Positions 12,945 through 32,112 of a stretch of 64,000 nucleotides of DNA are shown here, piece by piece. Source of the stretch: the human T2T-CHM13v2.0 reference genome, Homo sapiens; NCBI RefSeq assembly GCF_009914755.1, contig NC_060926.1, one strand, 5' to 3'. Position 1 is the stretch's first letter. Each line of letters starts with the position of its first letter. The notes under the pieces are model-generated. The model was given only the letters and a program-made list of their open reading frames with translations, did not search any database and was not told the DNA's origin. The position numbers and the translations under genes were made by a program.

Positions 12945-14324
12945 GTACTTGGGAACCCTCTGATAGCCCTGCTCTTAAAGCTTTTGCAAGACCAGGTGAA
13001 ATTTTCCAGTTAGTGTCTGAATACTGCCAGGGCTGCACCGCTAACATTGAACTTCTTTAAGCAGGAGTAAGGGTCTAAATTCAAGAAAAGGAAAATGTTT
13101 GTTTCTTTTGTAATTGAATTGTGCAGCATCCGTGTGTACACAGACACGTGTAGCTGCACACATAAACATACATACACTATCCATAACATCAACTCTTAGA
13201 CTTTCTTGTCCTTCTTTTCATTCTTCCCTTTATAAAGCCATACGATATCATTAATTCATGCTAAGCAATCTAGGATAGTCTCAGTTTACCAAAACTTATC
13301 AGGAAGATTATTTCTACTTGTGTGTCATTCCAAGTTAAAGGAGTGTGTTGAATCAGAGTTCAGGGGATCCTCAAAGATCACCTTGGTCCAATTTCTACCC
13401 AGTTATGACCCCACCCTACCTCTCTCCTAACCAATTTGGAACAGGTCCATCACCTATGTATGTGGCCTTTGCCTACTTACAGTTACCTTCTGTTTAATTG
13501 CTGTCAGTCCTCATGCCAAAAAAGCAGGAAACTAGGGCCAAAGAACAGAACTTCCAGGTCTTAACTGTTTTTCCAAATGGATTCTAATTGAGTCAACCTT
13601 TTAGAATGTACCTGGGATTCTGCTGCTTTTAGCTGGGCGGCCAACTCAGCCTTCTCACAGCTCTACTCTCAAGGGCTTTGTGTTTTTTAGGCTAGGTCTG
13701 GAAATAGCAGTGGGCATGCTTTTAAGAAAAAGAGGAAGAGAAACCTTTTTATCACTGTTCATTGTTCACTATTTCCTCTTCTTTTCTTCCCACATCCCTC
13801 TTAACTGGCTGCCAGGTCTGATTTTTAGCAGCTTGCAGAGGAATGAAAAGCCTGGCTAAGAAAAAAAAAAAAGCCACAGTCTACAGCCTTTGCTTCATCT
13901 TAACTTGGAAGGAAAGTTGAAATCCGGCTCTTTTTTCAGACATGCTCCTGTAAACAGAACTAGTAGCAGTGCCCATCAGAAGGCTGCCCTCCAGCTTCCA
14001 TTCCAGACCTTCCTTGGAGCAGCCGGGGTTTAATTCAATATGGAATCCCAGGAGCTCGGGGCAGGTGTGGAAAGGGCTATCTGGTGTTTCCTTACCAGAG
14101 ACCCAGGGATGTAGACTCCTCATCAGGCGACTTCAGCACAGAGGTGAAGAGACAGCCATTATTGATAGGGGACATGCTCTCTGGGAAAAAAATCTATCCA
14201 AATAACTCTTCAGCTGGCATTTACATCCTCCCACAAATATTAATAACGACTTGTCAAATCTGTTCACAACTTCGGAATTTCCGATTTTTCAACCTTTGGC
14301 AAAATAAAAACCATTTAACAGCCT

Positions 14325-14343
14325 GGACCACTAGGGGGCGCTA
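14325..14343 (+). promoter_or_regulatory. CTCF binding motif
   Basis: GGACCACTAGGGGGCGCTA versus consensus TGGCCACYAGRKGGCGCTA; the core is identical. Lies in non-repetitive sequence. Confidence 0.8.
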
Positions 14344-15343
14344 TGCAGAAAGTAAGGCCCTGCAGCCGGTCTCTGTTCTCCCTTGATTCACCCAACTGCG
14401 GGAGGAACAGGAACAAAGAGATAACCTCCGCCGCTGCGTCTTTTTTACCCCTCCCAAAGAGCTTTCCTCTTGTTTCTGAATCTTGTTTTGAAACTACACT
14501 CCACACCACTTGATAGAAACAAAAGTGAAAAATAAGACTAGACACAAACGTGATGTACCAATAGGCTTCCCAGTATTCCTGAGCTATATATTATGCATAG
14601 TAATTTCCTTTGAGATCCTAAGCTTGAGTATAGCTTAGGATTCTCCACATTTTGAGTATAGTTAAGAAGCCACAAACATCAAAACTTATAAGCATGATTG
14701 TGTTTTCTTTTTCTGGAATTATTTAGGTAGGAATGAATTCAATCAACAAACATTTAAAGAACAGCTTCTAGTAATAAGGTACTTTTTAGGCAACGAGGGA
14801 AATATAGGAGTAAAGGTAATACGGCTTTGCCGTACACCAACTAGAACTTTCTTTTAACTTCATTTTCTATGTGGAATTTTCTATACAGAATTGGGCACTA
14901 ATTTATCTCCTTATGACAATAGTTGCCCTCAAACCTCGATTCTAACATGATTGTGCATCCTGTGTTGAATGTCAGAATATTACTTTTCTAAATTTTAAAA
15001 CGTTCTTAGTCTATATTTTTGGGGGTTATTATGTTACAGCCTTTGAAGATGGGAAACCTCACTGGACAGAAATAAGTTATGCTGTTCTTTGCCAATGCTT
15101 GTTTCAGGCATGTCCCTCTCGTGAAGGGGAAGGTGCCTGTACATCTTGATATTCCCACTGGAAGCAAGATCCCACACTATCCTGGCACTTTGGAAAAGAA
15201 TATGCTAATATTTTCAATGCATAAGAAACCATTTTCTTGTCACTTTTATTTTTCCTTGCTTTAATTGTTTTATCGAAATTAAATGGAGCACTAGTTCAGT
15301 AAGCATATATATTATGGTCAATTACTTTACAAACCTCTTTTGA

Positions 15344-15715
<372 letters not shown>

Positions 15716-15994
15716 TTAGAGGCAATTAGCTCAAAGCATAAAAGGAGGTCCAGTGCTGGACTCCTCAATTTTGAAAGAGGAGAAGACGTTTGTTAGGAAG
15801 ACCCCTAAGAGATGTTGGCAGTGGTCTGGCTCCTGATCTTGGTGGTGGTTACATGTATGCTTGCATTATATTTATTATGCTGTACATTTATGTTTTGCAT
15901 ACTTTTTTGTGTGTGCATTCTGTGTCATAGTAATGTTGGGTTTTTTTCTCCAAAAGATAGAGAAGACCCCTTAAAATACAAAGAGAAAAAAAAA

Positions 15995-16120
15995 GCTTGA
16001 TGTGGTAGCGCATGGCTAGAGTCCCAGCTACTCAGGAGGCTGAGGCAGGAGAATCACTTGAGCCCAGGAGTTCAAGGCCGGTCTGGGCAACACAGTGACA
16101 CCCCCATCTCTGAAAAAAAA
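15995..16120 (+). mobile_element. FLAM-type Alu monomer
   Basis: Single diverged monomer with short A tail. Confidence 0.75.
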
Positions 16121-16333
16121 TTAGAATTAAAATTGTTTAAATGCAAAGAAAAACTTTAATTTCTTTATCGAAGGATTCCTGACAGTTAACTTGAGGTTTT
16201 CTGGTAGCTAGATTGCCACTGTCCTTTGCTTTCAAAACAGCCCCAGGATCACTTTCCTGTTCTTTCAAGTTACCTCCTCTCTGGGTTGCTGGGCAGGTAA
16301 CATTCCCTTCATTAGTATATATCAAAAAAAGTA

Positions 16334-16674
16334 TAGTCATGCATAGCTTAATGATGGGGATGCATTCTGAGAAATGCATCGTTAGTTGATTTCATCGTTG
16401 TACAAACATCATAGAGTTCTTACACAAACCTAAATGATATAATCTACTATACATCTAGGCTATATGTTGTAGTCTACTGTTCTTGGGCTGTAAACCTGTA
16501 CAGTATGTTACTATACTGAATGTTGTAGTTAATGGTAAGACAATGCCAAGTATTTGTGTATCTAAACATATCTAAACATAGAAAAGGTACAGTACAACTA
16601 TGGTATGATAATGTTACGGGACCACCAGTTTATATGCAGTCCATTGTTGACCAAAATGTACATGGCGCATGACA
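16334..16674 (+). mobile_element. Tigger3a-like DNA transposon
   Basis: Starts tagtcatgcatagcttaatgatgggg...ttctgagaaatgcatcgttag and ends ggcgcatgac (Tigger3 termini). Confidence 0.8.
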
Positions 16675-18719
16675 CTACTGGGGCTTGATTTAATTTCTTA
16701 TCAAGGTTGAGAGGATCAACCTCGGTGTGTATATGTGCAATCATAATATAAAATCATAGAGAGTAATCCAGTTGGCATTTTCTTGTTTCCAGCTCCCACT
16801 TTCCAGACTATTGAAGAGATTAAAAAGCATGAGGAGTAGAATAAGGAGGCCCAAGGTCACCAGGAGACAGGGCTCCTCCCAGGTTTCTGCAGCCCCCTTC
16901 TGCTTACACCTGGCTGCATCTGGCTGTGGAGCTGCCTGTGCCTGAGAGGCACACTCTCACTGCAAGGTTCTCAGTGACCTTGTGGTAAAAGGAGGCAGCC
17001 ACAGTCAATATGAATTCTCTCTGTTCTCTTCTCATGCTTATGCAGCCAGCCTTTTGCCTGCAGATGGGCCACTTCAGACATGATGAAATGTTCTTTGTAA
17101 TACTTCCTATTGATAGGAAATCCTCTGAAGATTTTAGGTGTGAAAATTTGAAGTAGCAGCAACACTGCTTTCTAACCCTTCGGCTGAGACTTTTCAAACT
17201 GAATGATCTAGATAGAAAAACATTAAAAGGAAGGATGTTATAACATGGTTTCAAGGCGTATTTTCCTGTTTGGGTAATGTTCCACTTGCAACTAGTAAAC
17301 TGAGAGAAAAGCTTAAAAGGCTCAGGGGAAGAAAGAAACAGAGTTTCAAAAAGAACTTGAAAATTCATTTTTGTCTTTGAATCATGAATTCTGACTTCCA
17401 AATAGTAGTTTGGGGTGTTAAAGAAGTTATGAACTTGGGAGAAACTGGGAAAAATAAGACTAGCACCAGAGGGAACATTCTCTGAACCTCAAAGTTTGAT
17501 TTTTGCTTCAGAACCTAGAACTGAGTTTTACCCTCATTGCCTTCTTCTGTCTGAAGACTCAGGTCTCTTCCATGGGATTTGATTTGCAGTGAAAATCAAC
17601 AATAAAGTGTCTGTTTATTGACTTCTATTTGCTCCTCTTTTTTTGGATGGGGGAGACAAGATGAGCCCCTACATTGTCATATCTGTAAAGCACTATAACA
17701 CCTTCACTGCTGAAATCCTTGCAGTCAGTTTTCTGAGTCCTGATTCTGTAATGCCCAAAATGAATTAAGCTCTTAAGAGAGCGCCTTTTGGTATCCATCT
17801 CTCAGTTTCCATTTTCCACTTATGGCTGTTGGTCTATCCTGATAGTTTAGCAAAAGGGTCTAGCAGATGAGCTGAATCTAATCGACAAAATTTCAGGGCC
17901 ACAGACACGGATAGTGCTGGCTCTTCCTGAAATGGAGGCTCTGATGAGCCAGCCCCATCAGGGAGGCCTGGGGAGTGAGTTCCTCCTTACAAAGAGACCC
18001 ACTTCTTTCTATTTAATTTGGGAAGTGTATCTCAGTCAATAGATAATTATGTATTGAGAATCTGTCTAGATATGGTGCTATGTATAGGTTATTTCTAGAA
18101 GTAACACAACAAAGTCCCAGCTAGAATGGCCAGAGATCAATAGTGCCAAATCCCAAAATGTATAAAAGATGAAGAAAAAATCTACATTCTGAACAGGCAT
18201 GCAAATCCATAAGTGAAGCAATATAACAACTATATCCATACAAATAAAAATAGAAGGAAAAGTCAGGGAAATGTCATGGGTAAACATGAGGAAAGACTTC
18301 TTTTAACTAAGAAAGGCTTATTGGAGTGGTGTCTGTTTGTTTGTTTTTAGTAGAGACTAGAGAAAATTGGACAGTCTGGGAGTAATGAGGCATTCTAAGC
18401 CAGGGCCTACAGCACTGGAAAGGAGAAGGGAGTGGAAGTTAGATGATTAAATGAATAGGACAAGGAGGAAAGACCTCTTTGGGCAGAGGGAGGTTGTGAG
18501 GAGGAAGAAATGATGGCAGGCTGCTGAGCAGAGGATGGCTCGTGATGCTGATCTGAACTGCCGTGAGTGGTGGGGCTGTGCTCTTGAAGAGCACAGCTTT
18601 AGGGTGAGAAAGGAAAACTTGAACAAGGGTGTTAGAGACTGACTAGTGAGAGCCAGGGTGCACCCACGGTGTTGTGTGTATATCTGTGTATGAATAGGTG
18701 CTCAGTTAATACTTTCACA

Positions 18720-22500
<3,781 letters not shown>

Positions 22501-22562
22501 TTAACTACTGCAAGATAGAAACTAAAGTTGAAGGCCAAGTCTGGACTCCCAATCTAAGGCTC

Positions 22563-23010
22563 TGTATTAGTATAATAGGGCTACCATGTCAGAACACCAC
22601 AAACAACAGAAATGTATTGTCCTTGTTCTGGAGGCTACAAGTTCAAGATTCAGGTGAAGTCAGGGTTGGTTCCTTCTGGAGGCTCTGAGGGAGCGTTTGT
22701 TCCAGGCCTCTCTCCTGGCTCCCAGTGGTTTTCTGGCAATCGTTGGTGTTCCTTGTTTCTGCACCAACCCTCTGTCTGCCTTCACCTTCACAAGGTGTTC
22801 TCCCTCCATGTCTGTGTTTAAGTTTCCCCTTTTTATAAGGACATCATCAAAATGGATTAAGGATCCACCCTACTCCAGTATGACCTCATCTAAACTTATT
22901 AAATCTACGAAGGCCCTATATCCAAATAAGGTCACATTCTGAGGTACTTAAGGGCTAGGACTCCAACATATGAATTTTTTAGGGACACAATTACACAATT
23001 CAATGTATAA
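22563..23010 (-). mobile_element. MLT1B/C MaLR LTR
   Basis: tgtattag...ttctggaggctacaagttcaagat...tccaaataaggtcacattctgaggtact. Confidence 0.8.
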
Positions 23011-24339
23011 TAGGATCTTTCTGAGTGGGAGGGAATGGGGGATTGGGAGAGCTTAAGGTACTGAGGCATCACCAAGGAGGAGGGAGTGGGGCTGCCAAGC
23101 CCTAGGCCTGGGTAAGGATGGGACCAGATTCCTGAGTTTAAATCACCCAGTCCAGTGGGTGTGCAGGAGGCTTCAGTGAGGTCACGTCCTAGTTTGACCT
23201 TCATGTCATTGCCAGCATATTGTCCCTAGTGAGTTGAGATTGCTCTCATTTGGGCCAAAAGAGCTAGGGAGCCCTGGTTTCCATGGCTGAGGGGCCTGTG
23301 TGTCTGGCTTGCAGGGCAGAGGAGGGCCCATGCTCTCCATACTCCCCTTGCCTTCCTGTGTTATTTCTGAGTCTGACAATAAAGCATTGTTGGTTTGTCT
23401 TCTACATAACTAAGCTGAGTTAAAATGCATCTTTTTATTAGCAGAGGCATTATTGTATTAATATCATCGCTACTAAATTTTCTCTTTGCAAAACTAGAAT
23501 TTTAAGCTGGAATCTGGAGAAGTGTGATTTCCCTGGAAAAGAGTTTGTAGACCTCTTTGTTTGTGAAAAGTGCATCCCTAGGTCTTCATAAAAGCTCTAG
23601 CACCTAACTGAAAAATACAGGAGCTCTTAATAACAGCCAATGTTTACAACAGGGTGGAGTGTGGTGCTCGGTCCAGACCTGTTTTCCTGGAAATAAGGCC
23701 CATGATGAGAACAGAAGTCCCTGCACCTCACATTCTAAGTTCAGGAAAGGTCTAAGAGTTGTTACCTCCATCCCCTGGCCCTGGGCCACCTGGGGGCAAA
23801 GGGAGAGTATGCTTTTCCTCCCCCAAACTGGGGGAAGGAGGCAGTTCTCAAAAGAATCACTCATGAAATTTGGAGGCAATTACTTTAAAAAAAAAAAAAA
23901 GATGCTTACAATCTCATCCCCTAATTGGATACTTGCTTAGCTAGCAAAATATATAACCTTTCCCTTTGTAGGGGAAAAGGTAACTAGAGAGCAAGAGATG
24001 TCATAGTGGGGAACTGTCCCATTTTGAGTTTTCAGTTCTTCACAAAAATGGAGGGATCCTTTGTGAGCCTACAGCCCCACCATTGTCTGAGGACATAGAA
24101 GAAATCAAGTGCTACTGTCTCATTGGGAATCAGCACAAGGCAAAAAGATGCACACATTAGATGAATGTACTGTGAGAGTTGAGCTCAAGGTCAGTTAAAA
24201 GATGTAGCCAGTCTGGCAAGGGATCATATATTAGTTTGATATGGTGCTGGAGCAAATCCCCAGCTAGTGCTAGAACCTGTCAGCCTCCGAGGATCAGGAC
24301 GTACTTTTCACAAATAAAGAGGTCTAGGAAACTCTTTAT

Positions 24340-24656
24340 TTTATCTAGGGCTGCCAGAACAAATTAACACAGACTGAGCGGTTTAAACAATAGGCATTTG
24401 CTTCTCACAGTTCTGGAGGATAGAAGTTGGAGATCAAGTTGTCAGCAGGTTTGGTTTCTTGTGAGGCCTCTCTCCATGGCTTACTAATAAGGACACCAGT
24501 CATAATGGATTAGGACCCACTCTTACAGCCACATCTTAATTTACTGTCACCTCTTTAAAAACCCTATCTCCAAATACAGTCACATTCTGAAGTAGTGGGG
24601 GTTATTAGGGCTCCAACATGGGAATTATGGAGAAGAAACAACTCAGCTGGTAACAG
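24340..24656 (-). mobile_element. MLT1 MaLR LTR
   Basis: ctcacagttctggagg...ctccaaatacagtcacattctga. Confidence 0.75.
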
Positions 24657-24978
24657 ATCACTAAGAGCTTGGGTAGCTGTTAAGTGTGAGCTCCTTAATT
24701 GTGGGGCATGTGGGGACTACCACCTTTCCTTATAAAGCCCAAGGACTACTGTGGCCACCTAGAGCGGCTCTGCAGCATCCCCAGTCAGAGAAGGAGAGCT
24801 CTGCCCCTCTCATCCCCACTCCCTCCGCCACACCTAGGGAGCTAGCCTAGAGAAGGTGAGCGGAGAGAAGAACCCTCCAAGCCCGTGAAAGCCATACATC
24901 CAGCCTGGGGGCAGAAGGAAAGTGGGGAAAAAGCTGCGAATTGATGTAACATTAAAGGTTAAAAACAAACAAGAATGA

Positions 24979-25310
24979 AGCCGGGTGTGGTGGCTCACGC
25001 CTGTCATCCCAGCACTTTGGGAGGCCGAGACAGGTGGATCACGAGGTCAGGAGTTCAAGACCATCCTGGCCAACATGGTGAAACCCCGTCTCTACTAAAA
25101 ATACAAAAATTAACTGGGTGTGGTGATGCATGCCTGTAGTCCCAGCTACTCGCGAGGCTGAGGTAGGAGAATTGTTTGAACAGGACCCGGGATGCGGAGG
25201 TGGCAGTGAGCCAAGATCGCACCACTGCATTCCAGCCTGGGCTACAAGAGGGAGACAGTCTCAAAAAACAAACAAACAAACAAACAAAACAAAAAACAGA
25301 AACAAACAAA
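24979..25310 (+). mobile_element. AluS with (AAAC)n tail
   Basis: TSD AAACAAGAATGAA. Confidence 0.93.
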
Positions 25311-27268
25311 ACAAGAATGAATTATCAAAACCATAATAATATTTAATAACTGAAAAATCTATGAAATGGGACTATGCTACGGTTAAGGAGCTGCCATCTT
25401 CATAGAAAGCTGAGTCCACATGGGTGAGGGAAGTTAGAGGGAAAAGTGAAATTGTTTCTGGATTACCCACAGAGAACTGAGATGTCTCAGTATGCTGATT
25501 TCATGCCTAAGGCACAAGCAGAGAACCACAGAGCTTTTGCAGACCTGATCCTGGTAGGCTGGCAGGTTCTGTCACTAGCTGGGGATTTCTTCCAGCACCA
25601 GCCTGGAGTGGGTGACAGATTCTTGTCTCAGGGAAAGGGCAATGATACAGAGAGTCCCTTATGAATAATGGAACTAGCAAATGTTAATTACATGGGCTCC
25701 TCATCTTCATCAGTCTGCAGCTGGAGCTGTGCAATTCAGCACATTGGTCTAGCCAGCTGCACAGTCCTGTCTCATGTGACCATCTTGTCTGACTGAAAAG
25801 ATCATAAGTGCCATGAGACCAGAAACTGGGTCTCCTGTTTCATTTATATACCAAACATGTAGTCAGTACTGGTCACATTACTTCACAGCCCCATGCTAAT
25901 TCTGCTTTTTAGAATTACTTCTGCTCCCCACCGACACCCCTCATCACCACACCTCCCAACCCTGCCCTTCCTCTGCCTCCCCAACATTTTTGTGTTCAAA
26001 ACTCAGTCCTAGCATCACCTCTTCCAGGGAGTTTCTAGTCTGGGTTGGGTAAAATTCCTGGTACCACTAGAATGTAAATTCCATTAGGACAGGGATTTTT
26101 GTCCATTTGGTTGGCACCTCTTTCCATCGTCTAGAGAGGAGTGTGACAGGAGGTGCTCAGAGAGTCTTTCTGTCCAGATAGAGAGTGCGATTTGTGGACG
26201 GTTTCCTGGTAGTGCTGGGAACACTTTGAAAGCACATCATAAATGTGGGTCATCCTGTGATTTATGGTGCTGGCAGGAAGCCCACCAGAATCAGATCTAT
26301 TTTAATAAGTTGTGAAATTCAGAAGGCGCTCCATTCAGAACTTCATATTCTGAATGTAGGGAGATGAGTATGAAGCCCTTATTAGGACTCTTGCACCAGA
26401 GGAGTGCAGATGTAATTGCAGTTACTTCTGGCATCTGAAATCAATTGCTGGCCCCCTTCTTGGATTGGGCGGAGTGGGGCTTTCCCAGAAGCAAACAGTA
26501 CACTTGTGGCTAAAGTACAGATCTTTAAGCACGAGAACCACGTACTCCCTTCACATTACAACTTCCCTCTTGGAACGTGGCTGCCCCGGGGTGCCACCCA
26601 GCCCTCTCCAGCCACCCTGACTGGACCGCATGTGAGGGTGAGTCCCACCTTACTGCCACAGCCTGCTGGGAGGACCAGAAGCTTTATCTGTGAGATGTTG
26701 TGAGGGCCGTGCCCTCTTCTGCCCTTGTCCTGGCCTCATCTGGACAGCCCCAGGAGGAACTTCACACCTTCCTGGCTCTTCCCCTGTTAATGGTTTTCAG
26801 CCCTTGTTTAGAAGAATCTGATTTTCTTTGTAAAGCTTATTGAGGGGAAAATACGTGTATGATGTGGCTGTGGGGTGAAAAGAGCATCCCTTGAAACTCT
26901 TGTTGCCTTTTTCCCCCATCCCTGAATGTTTTTAGGTTTTAATTTGTACTCTGCAAGTGCTGTCTTGTTTTTTGTTTAAGTATAGGTGGCTTAAGTGTTT
27001 CTTTCATTTTTAAAATTCTCCATGCAGTTTCTCCTACCCTCTCAGCTATGGTGGAATGAAGAACTCTGAACTGTAAGTCAGGAGATAAGCTAAGAGCTAC
27101 CTGAACTGGTACTTTGCATCTGGCAGATTTGATTTAAAGTTCTGAGCAGCTTCCACATCTGCAAATTGAGGGGTGTGCATTAAGAAGAGCCTCCAGATTA
27201 GATGGGACCTTAAAATTGAACAGACCAACCCCTAATATCTCTAGACCAGATGTTCAGTCTTGAGTTGC

Positions 27269-29710
<2,442 letters not shown>

Positions 29711-31272
29711 TAAAACAAACTTTAATAATGAGTTATGATAATGACTCTAACCTTGGGAAAATTAGTGTCTATTGTGAATCAGATTCACCATCTTCCCCTA
29801 ACACATTTTAATAGTTCTCTTATAGGTCCTGAATAAGACAGTGAATGTATATTTTAAGTGGAAGTTCAATTTAGAGCCATTTGGTTTTATTTCTTTAATG
29901 ATCCTGCTAAGTATAGAAAACATAGCAGCTTTGATTTTTCGAATGGTCAGAATACAAGAAAAAGAAATTCTGCTTCTCTCTGCCAGCATCCTTCTCATTC
30001 ATAGAAAAGAAAAATGTTCCCATTTGAGATGAAAGATTCTTTACTTTTTCCATATTTATTTCATATTTCAATAGCTCATATTGGAGAAAAGGTCTCAAAG
30101 CCATTTATACTTTATTAAGTCATCCCACTCTAAAATCTTTTTATAATGAGGCTTTCAGGTCATTTCCCTCCCTTAGTAACAGATACCTCCTGGCACTTTA
30201 AATGAAATACATTAGAAACAAAGCCATTCTAATTATCATCTCTCTACTTAAAGATGGAATAAAACTTAACATTTTTCCCCAGGAATTTAGGTCATGTTAA
30301 TAGAAACTGTATTTTTCTTTTTAGAACACAAGACTGCCTTCTAACAGTCTGGTCCATATGTTAGAAGCATATAAAGTTAATCATTTTGCTTTGGTGCCAA
30401 CGTGTTGTGTGCAAAGAGAAGCTGTAAACCACAGCTGTGTGGAGTAACAATTGTGAACTTTACTGGCTTGCACATGTGAGTCATCAGTAAACTAAATTAA
30501 ATGTTGCTTAACTGAACTTGAGAGCTGGAGGTTGTAAGGGAAGACTGCTAAGATTTTATTAAAGTTTGAATTTAGTAGAGTGGTTCCATCTTTGCATTTC
30601 GCAAGGGACTTCAAGTTATACAAAAATCAAATCAACTGTTGTCCAGATGATTAGGTTTTTTGGCTTCTCCATAACAATAGTGATTGCCAGGTAATCAATG
30701 GGAATCACTGTTCAGTTGACCTAGTTTGGTGTGTAAACAGCCAAAAAAAATCCAGACATCCTCTAAAATCAACTGGGCCCAATTAGTTTGGCCAGGCAGC
30801 AATCCCATCAGCTACTCAGTAGTCTTCCTTGCATAAGATCAAAATCCCTGAAATGATTACAGTGTAATTGGAGCATCTTGATAGGTTCTCTGAGCGTTAC
30901 TACTTAGTGCTATGACCTTGAGCAAGAGTCTTGAATACTCGGCCTCAGTTTTATGTCTTTGTGGACTGGTGACATGGCTCACAGGGTTGTTGTATTAAGT
31001 AATTCATTTTAAAACATTTAGCATGGTATGTACAACATTGTAAACCCTCAAAAAATGTTAGTATTTAAGTATTGTTAAATATTTTTTGATCTGGAGCAGA
31101 GTGATAAATATGAGACAAAAGTAAGTAGATTTCCACATTTATTTTCTTAATCTCTGATTTTTTTTTTTTTTACAATAAAGCAGTAGATAACATTTGTTTA
31201 TTCTCTTTTTCCTTTTGCTCTGTCTTTTGTTGAGAGTTTGAGATTTCTGTGTTTACCTTAAGAAGATAAACA

Positions 31273-32112
<840 letters not shown>

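Noticed and set aside
16904-17401. 165-aa minus-strand ORF in unique sequence
   Set aside because: No recognisable domain, non-ATG start, and composition like random AT-rich DNA.
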